Shown: one piece after another, positions 1 to 10,562 of the stretch
How positions within the stretch are numbered: position 1 is the first letter of the stretch
How the letters are laid out: the number at the start of each line of letters is the position of its first letter
Assembly: GCA_963695555.1 (NCBI GenBank)
Contig: CAVOGR010000001.1
Span: 288,001-352,000, forward strand
Source: an uncultured Gemmatimonadales bacterium
GTDB taxonomy: Bacteria; Gemmatimonadota; Gemmatimonadetes; Gemmatimonadales; GWC2-71-9
Length of the DNA: 64,000 bases
Reading direction: 5' to 3'
Translations under genes and position numbers: made by a program
The notes under the pieces: model-generated
What the model was told of the DNA's origin: nothing
The model's input: only the letters and a program-made list of their open reading frames with translations
Databases searched by the model: none

Positions 1-1357
1 TGAACAGCGGCATGCTGTATCCGAATCGAGTCGGGGACCGTCGACCGCTCTGATAGAGAATCGACGCGTTCCAACCGAGCATTGCCACCGACGCGCTGTC
101 CGCAGTATGACCCCGCAAGTACTGGGCTGCCCGCAGGTCGTCACCAGGGATTCCGAAGTGCGCGTAATAGGCCTCCTTCGTGGTCGAGCCTGTCGCATAC
201 CGGAAGAACTCGAAGACCTCCAGCATTGGATGCGTGGTAACGTGAAAGCACATGACGGCGGCAACAATGACCGTAAAGGACAATCTGGAGGAGCCGGCAA
301 ATTCCACTTTGGCTACCTGCCATACACCGGATGCAACCAACACGGCAATCGGAGGGGACACGATCAGCCAGTGATAGGTGTAGAACCGCCCTTGCACAAT
401 GACGGCGGCGACGCCGATTGCGAGCCAGATCAGGGTCAGGGTCGCCACGCGGATCGTCGTCGTCCTGAGAGTCCACCACCCGAAGACAGCCAACGGAAGC
501 GCAACGGCAATCAGCGTTGCCGCTTGCCCAAAGAGGACTAGACCCTTCAGGCGGCCGGAGAGATTCAGCACACCGTGCAATGAGTAAGCCGACGCGGGAT
601 AGGTGTACAGGGCCTCGATTGCTTGTGGTAGCGCGCCATGGGCCGTGAACCATATCAGGGCGACGAGTGGCAGTAGGGCGGTACCGACCACGGCGGTGGC
701 CGCGTTCCGAAGCGCGTCGTACCGCCGGCCTTCTCGGAAGTCGAGGAATGCCAGGGAGAGCGGGAGGAAGAGAAACACAGCGTATGGTAGCTTGACGAGA
801 GCGCTGGCCCCGATGGCCAGTCCAGCCGCGCCCCACTGATGCCAGGGGCGCGAGTCGCCCTTGAGAGCCAACGGGAACAAGCCAATCGCGAGGAACATGC
901 CCACCCAGCCGTCCGGCTGAGCTGTTTGCCAGTAGGCACCCTCTGCGTACCAAAACGCGTACAGAACGACCGTCCATCGTGCGACGGCTTTCGTGGTGAG
1001 CACGCGCACGAGGCGGAAGAGGGCCGTACAGCACAGGGCGAGCAACAGGATATCCAGAATCCGGATGCCCCACATGTTCCTGCCAAAGATGGTCTGCGCA
1101 AGAGCGAACATGTAATGGGTGAGGGGGCCCTTGATGTCCCACGCGTCCCGGTATGGGAGCCCTCCCTGGGTGATCACGTCTCCTACCCATGCGAAAAGGC
1201 CTTGGTCCCAGCCGAACGGCCAGCTCAGCATCGAGATGAGAACGAGCACCAGCAGGAAAGCGAGGAAGCGAAAGGCCCAGCGTGCGAAACGCGGTGCTGG
1301 GGGGTCGGCGGTGGCCTGGGTACGTGGATCGGATTTGTGCGAGGGAGTCATCGGCAT
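1..1357 (-). CDS. GT-C fold (ArnT/PMT-like) membrane glycosyltransferase, 3' end runs off the window
   Basis: Not in the ORF track in this frame. Manual translation from ATG 1357 gives MPMTPSHKSDPR...RFLAFLLVLVLISMLSWPFGWDQGLFAWVGDVITQGGLPYRDAWDIKGP: a TM helix followed by the DQG..PY.D.WD.KGP loop typical of GT-C enzymes. The same frame reads LYQSGRRSPTRFGY at the left edge. Confidence 0.8.
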   Translation of the reverse strand, partial: MPMTPSHKSDPRTQATADPPAPRFARWAFRFLAFLLVLVLISMLSWPFGWDQGLFAWVGDVITQGGLPYRDAWDIKGPLTHYMFALAQTIFGRNMWGIRILDILLLALCCTALFRLVRVLTTKAVARWTVVLYAFWYAEGAYWQTAQPDGWVGMFLAIGLFPLALKGDSRPWHQWGAAGLAIGASALVKLPYAVFLFLPLSLAFLDFREGRRYDALRNAATAVVGTALLPLVALIWFTAHGALPQAIEALYTYPASAYSLHGVLNLSGRLKGLVLFGQAATLIAVALPLAVFGWWTLRTTTIRVATLTLIWLAIGVAAVIVQGRFYTYHWLIVSPPIAVLVASGVWQVAKVEFAGSSRLSFTVIVAAVMCFHVTTHPMLEVFEFFRYATGSTTKEAYYAHFGIPGDDLRAAQYLRGHTADSASVAMLGWNASILYQSGRRSPTRFGYSMPLF

Positions 1358-1468
1358 AGATCCAGGAAGGACAGTGGAATGTACATGTGATGCCGGATCC
1401 ACGTGCACTATCGTAGGAAGTTATCTATGAATGCTGTCGCCAGCTCTTCGATTGACCAGGTCCGGCCG

Positions 1469-3694
1469 CTACGGTTGAATTGCACCGTCTGGCGGCACCG
1501 TGCCCGGAAGAAAGGGACCGGCCAGGATGCTGACCCGCGTATCGCCATCACGTACGGGACCGATGACCCAGACAGGCCGATCGCTGAAATGGGCGACCAC
1601 CGCCTGACGGTGAGCGTGTCCCGCGTCGAAGGCGTAGATCGTCGCCGAATCTCCCAATGTGCGCGGGTTCAAGTTGAAGGCGCTCTGATAGATCGCCCGG
1701 TCTTGGGCATGCACAAAGACCAGGGCGTGCTCGAATTGATTCCGCTGCGCGAGAAGTCGGATGGCTCCGCCCACGTCACGGTAGCGATAGTATTTCGTAG
1801 CGCTGCGCCAGGGGAGGACAGTGAGTACGGCGCAGAGGCTCGCTGCGACCACGAACACGCCGGTGCGATACATAGGAAGCGGATGATCGCGCCCCGCCCG
1901 TAGGCCAACCGCTTCGGCCCCACGAACAGTCAGCACCACAAGCGGAATGAGTGCCTGGTACCAGTAGCGCGGGCCGAGGTCGGGGCCACCGCTGAACCAA
2001 TAAGCGCTGTGGCCCACGACGACCACAGTCACCAGAAGGATCATCAGCCAATCGGCGCGGCGTCGCTTTAGCAGCGGAAGGGCCACCACCGCCAATAGGA
2101 GCGACCCGCAGGCCCACCCGAAGAGGTCGAAATTGGCCATGAAGAGATTCTTGTTCGCGTTCAACACGACGTCCACGAAGCCGTGGCCGGGAAGCGGGTC
2201 GATGTTGGTCCAGGCAGGAATTCCAATGTGCGGACCGAATCCCAGGCGGTCGACTCCCGGCCCCCAGGTGCGGTCGGTCCACATCATGTGCGGAGCATAC
2301 GAAGGGCTTCCGGTAAGCGCGGCGTTATAGGCGAAGACAATGGCTGCCACGCCAGCCGCCGACACGGCGTACACCAGCATGGAGCGCACACGCGCGCGAG
2401 ATCCGCTCAAACCGACTATCCAGAGCAATGCGACGCTCCCCACCAACATCGCTTCGATCGGGCGCGTCAGAAACAGTGCACCGCTAGCCACGCCCGCCAC
2501 CAGCGCCCATCCGGCCGTGGGACGCCGTCGTTCGAGTTCGACCGCGAGGAGCGTCAAGAGGCCGAAGGCCAAGGCCACGGCATGCCCCATGAACGACGAG
2601 GAAGTGAAAATGAACCACGGAGAGACTCCCAAGAGGCATACCGAGAGGTTGGCAATGCTCCGATCGTACAAGAGGTGGACCACACGATGGGCCACAAGGA
2701 CGGTAAGACCGGCAATTAGTGGATTCACCAGCCACGGGAGGCCCACCAGCGCACCCAGAGCCAGCACGGCCGGCCATCCGGGAAAAGCGTATCCAAACCA
2801 TCTCGGCCCGTCGACAATCGTTTCGGCAACATGGAAAGAAGCCGAGTCAGGCGGAGCCGGGAGAAAGAGCTGCCCGGTGGACAGATACTTGGCCTGGAAC
2901 AGGTACGAGATGCTGTCGTCGATGTGAGGAACGCCCTCCATCACGAACCAGCTCACCAAGGCGGTCACCACCACCACCCATGCCGCGACGCCCCAGGGCA
3001 GGGAGCGATCCCAGGGCCGCAGTTCCTCACGAGTCGCATCCAGTGTCACATGGTGGTCCAGCCACGCGACCGTGCGCCTGAGAGGTTCCGCTGGAGCCAC
3101 GCCGGCGACGAGGAGAAGGTTGAGTAGTCCAATGAGAATGACCCATGCCGCTAAGGCAAATTCTCCGACGGCTCGAGCCGCGCTCTCGGTCGGCACAACG
3201 ATGGCAAACGCGAGGAGCCCGAGGACCCCCAGCGTGAGGAGCAGTCCACGGGGCCCGCTCCCCAGCAACGACCGAGCCACGCTCCGGGCATGAGTGCTGA
3301 CGGTAGGCCATGTCCTGACAGCCAAGACGATGCACACGATCGCTTGGATGGTGAGGATGCCCAGCACGAGCGTCGGGGCCTCGAGCAGGCGGCTCCAGGG
3401 GACGTAGTGTTGGTAGATGGCGTACCGGGGTGCGTCGATCAGCTGGAGCGCGCTGGCCTGGCCGGCGGCCGCGAGTCCTATGAGCGCCGTCATCGATCGC
3501 CACGGGCTCTCCCACATCAGGGCCAGCGCCAACAGCGCCGCACCGCTGACGAGCATCGGCAGGACGGTGGGATCGTAGTCGACGGCAGATGGCAGCGCGC
3601 GCCATCGGGTAACCGCCACCCACAGGCCGATGAGCCCTAGGACGGATAGCCCTCCTCGGTAGAGCCCTGAGAGCGCAGGTCGCCGTGGCGCCAT
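1469..3694 (-). CDS. Polytopic GT-C-like glycosyltransferase (paralog of 18235..20409)
   Basis: 741 aa with many hydrophobic segments; loop motif PHIDDSISYLFQAK, FPGWPAVLALG, GPRYWY. Confidence 0.75.
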   Translation of the reverse strand: MAPRRPALSGLYRGGLSVLGLIGLWVAVTRWRALPSAVDYDPTVLPMLVSGAALLALALMWESPWRSMTALIGLAAAGQASALQLIDAPRYAIYQHYVPWSRLLEAPTLVLGILTIQAIVCIVLAVRTWPTVSTHARSVARSLLGSGPRGLLLTLGVLGLLAFAIVVPTESAARAVGEFALAAWVILIGLLNLLLVAGVAPAEPLRRTVAWLDHHVTLDATREELRPWDRSLPWGVAAWVVVVTALVSWFVMEGVPHIDDSISYLFQAKYLSTGQLFLPAPPDSASFHVAETIVDGPRWFGYAFPGWPAVLALGALVGLPWLVNPLIAGLTVLVAHRVVHLLYDRSIANLSVCLLGVSPWFIFTSSSFMGHAVALAFGLLTLLAVELERRRPTAGWALVAGVASGALFLTRPIEAMLVGSVALLWIVGLSGSRARVRSMLVYAVSAAGVAAIVFAYNAALTGSPSYAPHMMWTDRTWGPGVDRLGFGPHIGIPAWTNIDPLPGHGFVDVVLNANKNLFMANFDLFGWACGSLLLAVVALPLLKRRRADWLMILLVTVVVVGHSAYWFSGGPDLGPRYWYQALIPLVVLTVRGAEAVGLRAGRDHPLPMYRTGVFVVAASLCAVLTVLPWRSATKYYRYRDVGGAIRLLAQRNQFEHALVFVHAQDRAIYQSAFNLNPRTLGDSATIYAFDAGHAHRQAVVAHFSDRPVWVIGPVRDGDTRVSILAGPFLPGTVPPDGAIQP

Positions 3695-3698
3695 CGCT

Positions 3699-5591
3699 CT
3701 ACCTCGAGCCTCCGACTGATACGGGGAACCAGCGCGATCGTTCCGGCCAGAGAAGATCGAGGCTCGTCCGGTAGGTCACCATGAGGGACTCCATGTCGTC
3801 TACGTTAGCGGCCTCGCGTGGGTCAGCCTCGATTTGATACAGCTCTTCCACGCCGTCCCCATTTCTGATGTAGTGGTACGGGGCCTCGACGAGCGCGCTC
3901 ATGATGCCCCTGGTCGAGGGGAACCATTCCGGCTGATTGGGAGCTGGGCGGAGCCCCGCAAGAAGGGGAGATAGGGTGATCACTGAATCCAGGCTGGAGT
4001 CGACTGTTCGCACCAACGAAGAGCCAGGGATAGAAGCGTCCGCGAGGCCGAGTAAGTCCAGCGCCGTTGCCGGGAGATCTCTCAAGCTGACGTATTGATC
4101 GACCACCGCGGCGGAAGGCAGGCGCGGCGGGTAAGTCATGAGCAACGGCACATGTAAAGTCGGAGCATATAGGCTGTTGCCGTGACCGAACAGATCATGC
4201 TCGCCAAACAATTCACCGTGGTCTGATGTCACCATGACGACGGTATTCTGCAGGAGGCCACGGCGCTCGAGTTCCTCGAACAGCCTGCCGAGTTCCGCAT
4301 CCATGTACGCAATCGCCGCCTCGTAGGCACGCTCCTCGGCGTGGCGTTCGATCTCGGACATCGCTCGTTTGCGCGATCGTTCCGCCATGCGCGGGCTGAG
4401 CTGCAGGATGAGGTTCTCGTCCCGTTCAGCGGAACCGCCGAAGACCGTGTCGAACGGCGGGGGAGGGAGAAACGGCTCGTGTGCGTCGTAGTAGTTGAGA
4501 AAGGCAAAAAATGGCCGGGGCGCCCCGTCTCCCACCCAACGCAGGAAGGCGTTGGTGATGTCTGTGGCGGTCTTTCGCCCGAGGATGTCGTGATATCCGA
4601 TGGCTGCGCGGAACGTCGGATTGTTGACGATAATCCGGCCGAGGGAGGAACTCATGACAATTTCGGACAGGGAAAGCGGTATGTCCTCATAGTGGACGAA
4701 TCCCTGCGCGATCCCGGTTTCTATGGTGCAGTACTGCAGATTGGCAACGAATCCGGCGGTGGCGTATCCATGGGCGGCCAGGACTTCGGCGAGGGTCGTG
4801 TGCTCGGCATCCAACGGCGCGGTCCATCCCGCGTTGAGTTCACTTGGGTAGAGGCCGGTGAACATGGTCAGGTGCGAGGGGAGGGTCCACGGTGACGTCG
4901 CGAATGCGTGTCGAAAGAGGACTCCCCGCTGCGCCCAGCGCTCGAGATGAGGTGTGTTGGCCACGGGGTGACCATAGAGCCCGAGGCTCATGGCCCGGAC
5001 AGTGTCGAGCACGATGAGGAGGAGGTTCGGCGCGTCAGCGGTGGCCTGGCCGAGCGCGGAGACCGCACGGCGTTCCCGCACGGCACCCCACCCCATCGCC
5101 CCTATGGCGAGACAAAGCGTACCGACGACGCCCACCCGGACAAGGCGTCGGGCGACGCGCTGGAACCCGGCGATGCGACCCGTCAGTACCCGTGTTGCCT
5201 GGACCGCAATCCCCAGCGCGAGAATCACGATGGCGACGCGATGGAGCGCTGGGAAGAAGAGGAAGAAGAAACTGAAGGCGCTCACGAGCCCGAGCACGAA
5301 TATCGAGACGCGCGGCGTGACCAGTCGTGGACGTACCCGAGCAGCAATGCTGAGCGCGATGCCGAATGGGAGGAGGAACAACACGTAGGAAAGCGGGGTC
5401 ATCCACGTGACATGGATGTTGACGGCAATGAACTCGTGCTGCAGGAACTTTCTTTGCCCGATGACGATGATCTCGGCGATGCCTGTGAGGAACGCAAAGC
5501 ATACGGCCACGAGGATGGGGAATGTCGCCCCCGCGTGGGGTGGGGTGGAACTCTCGACCTCGAGACCCATACGCTGCATAACGGCCTGCAC
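3699..5591 (-). CDS. Membrane-anchored sulfatase-like / alkaline-phosphatase-superfamily protein
   Basis: About 5 N-terminal TM helices, then PNLLLIVLDTVRA, SPWTLPSH..MFTG, FFAFLNYYDAHEP, TSDHGE..GEH...GHG. Confidence 0.85.
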   Translation of the reverse strand: MQAVMQRMGLEVESSTPPHAGATFPILVAVCFAFLTGIAEIIVIGQRKFLQHEFIAVNIHVTWMTPLSYVLFLLPFGIALSIAARVRPRLVTPRVSIFVLGLVSAFSFFFLFFPALHRVAIVILALGIAVQATRVLTGRIAGFQRVARRLVRVGVVGTLCLAIGAMGWGAVRERRAVSALGQATADAPNLLLIVLDTVRAMSLGLYGHPVANTPHLERWAQRGVLFRHAFATSPWTLPSHLTMFTGLYPSELNAGWTAPLDAEHTTLAEVLAAHGYATAGFVANLQYCTIETGIAQGFVHYEDIPLSLSEIVMSSSLGRIIVNNPTFRAAIGYHDILGRKTATDITNAFLRWVGDGAPRPFFAFLNYYDAHEPFLPPPPFDTVFGGSAERDENLILQLSPRMAERSRKRAMSEIERHAEERAYEAAIAYMDAELGRLFEELERRGLLQNTVVMVTSDHGELFGEHDLFGHGNSLYAPTLHVPLLMTYPPRLPSAAVVDQYVSLRDLPATALDLLGLADASIPGSSLVRTVDSSLDSVITLSPLLAGLRPAPNQPEWFPSTRGIMSALVEAPYHYIRNGDGVEELYQIEADPREAANVDDMESLMVTYRTSLDLLWPERSRWFPVSVGGSR

Positions 5592-5593
5592 TC

Positions 5594-6511
5594 CTAGGGT
5601 TTGGCGGTCAGATACCCGGCGGATTCACCCAGGCTCCAGGCGAAGAGCAGCGCCGTGACAATGGGCCACGCTACCGCAAGCCTGCCCAGGGCACGGAGCC
5701 TGACGAGTTGGCCGCGGACAATCCGGAAAAACAAGAGCCCTGGCAGGAACGGTGCCACTATTCCAAATATCAGGCGCCGGGTGAGTGTCATCTCGCGTGC
5801 CCGCGTATAGGCAAAGAGACGCCCCCAGCCAAGCCGCTCGCGAAGAAGGGCCGCCAGCCGAAGCGTGCCGCGCACTTGATCAACCACCAGGTCCGGGTGG
5901 AGATAGAGGATTTCGCCCGCCCGTTGAAGCGCCCAATGCACCGTCGTCTCATGGTATCGAGTGGCCCAGAGTTCCCGCGTCGCGTCGAGCACTCGGCGCT
6001 TGTAGCAGATATTGACGTCGGAAACATACTCTCGCGGTCCCGCTTCAAACGGTAACTGGTACCGGCCGAAATCACAGAAATACACCGCCCAATTCAACAG
6101 CCGGTCGCGTCCATTCTCGATGGCGCCGCCGATCACCGCGTGGGGGAGCCTGGCATGCAGTTCCACAGCCACGCGGGCCCAATTGGGGCGGGGGACTCCA
6201 CGGTCTTCCAGGATGGCGATCAACTCTCCCGTCGCGGCCGCCAGGCCGGTCGCACGCCTCCGGTCAAACAGCTCGTGCTGCCCCGCCGCGCTCGAGTTGT
6301 CGCGCTCGGTCGAGACGGCACCCATCGGGAGGAACAGCACCGACGGGTAGCGCGGAGCCAGGCCCGACACGTCGGCCGTCGCATCGTCATAGGGCACGAT
6401 GACTTCGAGCGTTGGCGGATGGTCCTGCTGCTGGAGAGCGTCGAGGCATCGTTCGAGCGCCTGCCCCCCGTCCACCACGGTGACGACCACCGAGAGGAGA
6501 GGCGTGCTCAC
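5594..6511 (-). CDS. Glycosyltransferase family 2 with C-terminal TM segments
   Basis: LSVVVTVVDG..LERCLDAL N-terminus, GELIAILEDR, hydrophobic C-terminus. Confidence 0.8.
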   Translation of the reverse strand: MSTPLLSVVVTVVDGGQALERCLDALQQQDHPPTLEVIVPYDDATADVSGLAPRYPSVLFLPMGAVSTERDNSSAAGQHELFDRRRATGLAAATGELIAILEDRGVPRPNWARVAVELHARLPHAVIGGAIENGRDRLLNWAVYFCDFGRYQLPFEAGPREYVSDVNICYKRRVLDATRELWATRYHETTVHWALQRAGEILYLHPDLVVDQVRGTLRLAALLRERLGWGRLFAYTRAREMTLTRRLIFGIVAPFLPGLLFFRIVRGQLVRLRALGRLAVAWPIVTALLFAWSLGESAGYLTAKP

Positions 6512-8121
6512 AGCATGACGTCCGCCACCCGAGCCGCATTAGCCATGAGGGTGAACGTCAGGTTCTTTGCGGGTAGAAACGGCAACACGGAGCCATCGAC
6601 GACATAGAGGTTCTCGAAGTCATAGCTCTGGCACGATGGTGAGCATGCCAATGGCGTTGGCCGCGCTGCCATGGGCATTGTGCCGGCGTAGTGAACACTC
6701 GACCCCCGGGGAAGCACCTGCGTCATGCCCGGCGGGACGAAACAGCCGAGTTGTCGAAGTGACTTCCGAAGGGTCCGTTTGACCCGCATGAGGCGCTGAG
6801 TCTCTCCTGGAGGCTCCGAAGCATAGCGAATGACGAGTTCGGTGCGATCGGTACCTTCAATCGGACGGATCGTCACGAAATTGTCTTGACGACGCTCATC
6901 GTGCAACCAGACGTTCGCCACGCCAAGCGCCGCGTGCGCTGTGCGGAACAGTCGACGCGACGCTCGGAGATCGAGCGGGATGTTCTGAATGATAGGATGC
7001 ACGGCACTGGCCTTCAGGGTGGTGATTTGGCCGTGCACGTACGCTCGCGCCTGTTCCGCCCGGATGCCAAGTGCGAGTTGATGGAACTGATAGGTGGCGG
7101 TGTTGACCGGATGGCCTAAGAGGCTGGTATTGACGAAGGGCATCATGATCTGACGGTTGTCCATGAGGCCATGTAGTCGTTCGACCCGCCCAGTCGCTCG
7201 GTAGATAGAATCGAGGATGAGCTTTGAGGTGCAGAGCGTGCCTGCCGCCAAGACAAACCGGTCCGCGGTGAACGTGTGACGCCGACCCTCGTCGAGTGCG
7301 GTTGCGACCAAGGCGGTCATGCGGCCCGACGAATCGTAGCTCAAGTGCTCGGCCAGCATCCCTGGGAGATACCGAAACCCGCTGCGACCCTGCAGTTCAT
7401 CCAAGGTCGTGGATGGCGCGTAGATCGCGTTCCGAGGACACCCCCAGAGACATCGGCCAAGGTAATCGCAGGCCTCCCGTCCTCCGTGGTCCCGGCTCAG
7501 GGTCGCGACCCGCGACCGCCCGAGATAGAAGTCGAGTCGCCGATTCAAGTGCTCCCGGCGCATGGCGTAGCGGTTCAGAAGCCGTTCTGCGTGGGGATCC
7601 AGCTCGAGAGGCTCCTGGTAGTGCGGATCCCAGGGCGAGAACTGGGCGATATCGTCCTGGGCGGCAGAAATTCCGATCCGGCGGGCCACGGTGTGGTAGT
7701 AGCGTTCCAGCGCCGCGTACTCGAAGGGAAAATCGCCGAGGTCGTCGTTGTTGAACGCATACACACCGCCGGTCCATGCCTCGGCCAGGCCACCTCGGGC
7801 GAAGGAAATGAGTGGCTCGAAACCCGTCCCCGTTGCCGCGAATGTCGTTGGAGCGGCGAAGACATACCGCTTACTCGGAGGAAACCCGTAATACTTCGCA
7901 TCGGCGGAGGGATAGACGACGGTCTCGGCGCTGGGGCCAAGGAAGTATGCCACGGGATCGTCCAGCTGTTCCTTGAGCTGGTCGAATGTGGCCGCCGCGA
8001 GGGGCTGAGCCGGTTGGGTGTATCCCACGTCCAGCATCATGACCTCATGGCCCTTGTCGAGTGCCGTGAGGGCAAAGTGAACGCCGCTTGCGCCCGAGCC
8101 GACAACCAGGACCTTAGCCAT
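6508..8121 (-). CDS. GMC-family FAD-dependent oxidoreductase
   Basis: Start moved to ATG 8121 (MAKVLVVGSGASG, FAD-binding GxGxxG); CxxxGxCxxGC Cys cluster; C-terminal HYAGT...NLYVVDGSVLP...N.TFT.MANA.R. Confidence 0.85.
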   Translation of the reverse strand: MAKVLVVGSGASGVHFALTALDKGHEVMMLDVGYTQPAQPLAAATFDQLKEQLDDPVAYFLGPSAETVVYPSADAKYYGFPPSKRYVFAAPTTFAATGTGFEPLISFARGGLAEAWTGGVYAFNNDDLGDFPFEYAALERYYHTVARRIGISAAQDDIAQFSPWDPHYQEPLELDPHAERLLNRYAMRREHLNRRLDFYLGRSRVATLSRDHGGREACDYLGRCLWGCPRNAIYAPSTTLDELQGRSGFRYLPGMLAEHLSYDSSGRMTALVATALDEGRRHTFTADRFVLAAGTLCTSKLILDSIYRATGRVERLHGLMDNRQIMMPFVNTSLLGHPVNTATYQFHQLALGIRAEQARAYVHGQITTLKASAVHPIIQNIPLDLRASRRLFRTAHAALGVANVWLHDERRQDNFVTIRPIEGTDRTELVIRYASEPPGETQRLMRVKRTLRKSLRQLGCFVPPGMTQVLPRGSSVHYAGTMPMAARPTPLACSPSCQSYDFENLYVVDGSVLPFLPAKNLTFTLMANAARVADVML

Positions 8122-8605
8122 TGGATGGTGCCGATTCGGTGCGGCGGTCGGAGCTGCTGAGGGCTCCGAGAAGATGCGCCGGGCCAAACACGAGCATTGC
8201 CACTGGCAGCCGTACTGCGAACCCAAGTCCCAGCACGACGAGGCCGAGAAATACATACAGGCGCTTCGTGTCCTTCGATCCGCCCATGTCCGAATGAAAG
8301 GAAGGACTGCTCTCGAGTATGGCGGCAAGCAGCACGAGCTTCTGCCTGAGAGGCCCGCTCTGCCGGAAGATGCGGGCATAGGTGTCCGCTATCCACGCCG
8401 GCAACACGCCTCGGCGCGCCACCTTCAACAAGAGTGCATCAATGGGAAGGTTTTCCGCTCCGTTCAGATAGGGAATGACACGATGACCTTGGTGATACTT
8501 GTCCACGACATAGTCGCTTGGCGCCCGGGACAGGAGATACCGGGTGAACGTGTTGGCCTCCCGACGGAGCGGCTCTGCCGAGGGTGTGCGGGTTGACAGG
8601 GTCAC
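8114..8605 (-). CDS. Hypothetical protein with C-terminal TM segment
   Basis: 163 aa; overlaps both neighbours by 4-8 bp, consistent with translational coupling. Confidence 0.65.
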   Translation of the reverse strand: MTLSTRTPSAEPLRREANTFTRYLLSRAPSDYVVDKYHQGHRVIPYLNGAENLPIDALLLKVARRGVLPAWIADTYARIFRQSGPLRQKLVLLAAILESSPSFHSDMGGSKDTKRLYVFLGLVVLGLGFAVRLPVAMLVFGPAHLLGALSSSDRRTESAPSNG

Positions 8606-9535
8606 GTTGATCGCTTGACGACGTCGAGCATTCCATCGATTGCCGTCATGTGCGGTCGGACTCTGTCGACCAGCGGATGCCGGTCCGCAGTACTATCGTT
8701 GGCGAATGCGGCGAGCTGGCCGGCGCTGAACGGCAAGAGTGGCAGCAGAACCGGCTCGACCGCCCCAACCAGGGTGCGGAGCAAGCCGAGCGGAAGGTGT
8801 AGAAGACCGCCGGACCGGCCTCGCACACGCGCCCGGATCCGGTCGAGCAAGTCGCCAAAGCTCAACCTGCTTGGTCCTCCTGCCTCGATAATATCTCCGT
8901 CCCATGACGCCTGGCTCGACGTCTCCACCAGAATCTCGGCTACATCATCGACATCGATTGGTTGCACCAAGACCTTGCCAGGTCCAAACACGATGCCGAC
9001 TGGGCCTTTGACCAGCTTGATGAGCCCGCGAAGCACCGGGCTTTCTGCGCCGAATACCAGTGTCGGCCGGACGATGACCCAGGCGGGTCCGGCGGCCTTG
9101 ACGATGTGCTCGGCCTCCAATTTGGATTCCGCGTAAGCATAATGACGTCGATCTGGAAATTTGGCGGCGATGCTGCTGACGTACACGATGCGGGCTGTTC
9201 CAGCATGCGCGGCATGCTCCACCAGCGAGCGTGTCCCCTCGACATTGACCCTGGTGAACACCTCGGGGCGCTCCTTGCCCGTTGCCGCCGCGAGATGGAC
9301 GATGGTCTGCGGCGTCAGCCAAGGCCGCGTGGTAGGAGGCCGGGTCGGTGAGGTCGCCGCTGAGGTACCTCCAGCCGGGTTGCAGGGGAACGCCGGCAGC
9401 GATCCGCTCCGGGCGTCGGGAGAGACACGTGACCGCCCGGGCGGGGCCGCGCGCAAGCCGCCGGAGCAGGCTCTGGCCCAAAAACCCGCTCGCTCCCGTG
9501 ATGAAGAGCGAGGTGTTGGGTGCCGACTCCGTCAT
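8602..9535 (-). pseudogene. NAD-dependent epimerase/dehydratase (extended SDR) split by a +1 frameshift near 9311 (possibly a sequencing error)
   Basis: N-terminus FITGASGFLG...GDLTD...ALADA is in one frame; TIVHLAA...NVEGT...VYVSS...YAESK is in another. The frames join at GCT GAC GCC g CAG ACC ATC. Confidence 0.8.
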
Positions 9536-9550
9536 GTCATCGCAAGGCGA

Positions 9551-10345
9551 CTACGCGACCGTGCGCTTGGACGGCACGCCTCGGGCCACGGTCCGAGGGA
9601 AGATGCTGGTGCGAATGAGCATCCAGCGCAGGCGAAGCACGCCTTTGATGTCTTCCCAGGCTGTGCGAGCGATCTTCACTCGGCTATCGTCGTCCTCGAT
9701 CCATTCGACCGGTATGTCCTTGACGCGGTACCCCTGCTTCTCGGCCAGGACGAGGAGTTCGGTATCGAAGAACCACGACTCGTCCTTGATCTGGGGGATG
9801 ATCTCGTTCACCGCCCGCCGGCTGACCGCCTTGAAGCCGCATTGGGCGTCACTGAACGAGGTCCAGAGCACCGCCTTGATCAGGAGGTTGTAGGTCCGCG
9901 AAATGAACTCCCGGGAGGAACTGCGCGTGGTGCGCGAGGCTTTCATGAGCCGGGATCCAGTCGCGACGTCGTATCCCTCCTCGAGAATCGCGCCGATGAG
10001 CTTGGGGAATGCCGGCAGTTCGGTCGAGAGGTCGACATCGGTGTAACACACAACGTCCGCGTCGCTCTGGGTCCACGCGTACCGGAGTGCCCGGCCCCGC
10101 CCGCGTTGGGTGAGGTGGAGGAATCGGACATCGTCGAACTGATCGGCGAGCCGGCGGCCAACCGCATCAGTGCCGTCGGTCGAGCCGTTGTCGACGATCA
10201 AGACCCGCCAGTCGTACGGAAGATGATCTCGGAGGAAGGTGCGTACCGTCTGGACGCTCTTCTCGAGAACGTGCGCCTCGTTCAAGACGGGGATAACGAT
10301 GTCGGCGCGCGAGCGCGCTGTGCGTTTGGTTGAGTCTTGTGTCAT
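9551..10345 (-). CDS. GT2 polyprenol-phosphate glycosyltransferase (DPM1/ALG5-like)
   Basis: IVIPVLNEA, IVDNGSTDGT, YTDVDLS, SDAQCGFK, WFFDTELL. ATG 10345 has GAGGGAG upstream; alternative start 10465. Confidence 0.85.
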   Translation of the reverse strand: MTQDSTKRTARSRADIVIPVLNEAHVLEKSVQTVRTFLRDHLPYDWRVLIVDNGSTDGTDAVGRRLADQFDDVRFLHLTQRGRGRALRYAWTQSDADVVCYTDVDLSTELPAFPKLIGAILEEGYDVATGSRLMKASRTTRSSSREFISRTYNLLIKAVLWTSFSDAQCGFKAVSRRAVNEIIPQIKDESWFFDTELLVLAEKQGYRVKDIPVEWIEDDDSRVKIARTAWEDIKGVLRLRWMLIRTSIFPRTVARGVPSKRTVA

Positions 10346-10464
10346 GCGGTGACTCACTCCCTCGGTCGGACGTTGTGGCGGCGTGGCCCACTGTTGTGGA
10401 TTCGCGACACGGAAGTGGCCCCGTTCGGTTCCTGCCGGTGGTTGTCCGTCAGTCGAACTAGACA

Positions 10465-10489
10465 TAACATATTATGGATCAATAGGTTA
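10465..10489. promoter_or_regulatory. 25-bp dyad element (IHF-like double site)
   Basis: TAA-CATA-TTA-TGGAT-CAA-TAGG-TTA. Confidence 0.5.
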
Positions 10490-10534
10490 CACAACTCTGA
10501 CTCACGGTTGGACCTCTCCGCTCCCCCGGGAAAG

Positions 10535-10551
10535 AGCAATATCAGTACCAG
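10535..10551 (-). promoter_or_regulatory. Putative sigma-54 -24/-12 promoter
   Basis: CTGGTACTGATATTGCT, GG-N10-GC with TTGCT, in the gap upstream of the GT2/epimerase/GMC block. Confidence 0.65.
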
Positions 10552-10562
10552 TCTTCGGTAGG

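Noticed and set aside
141..1190. 349-aa minus-strand ORF in the track
   Set aside because: Wrong frame. It is an Arg/Pro-rich shadow of the GT-C gene starting at 1357.
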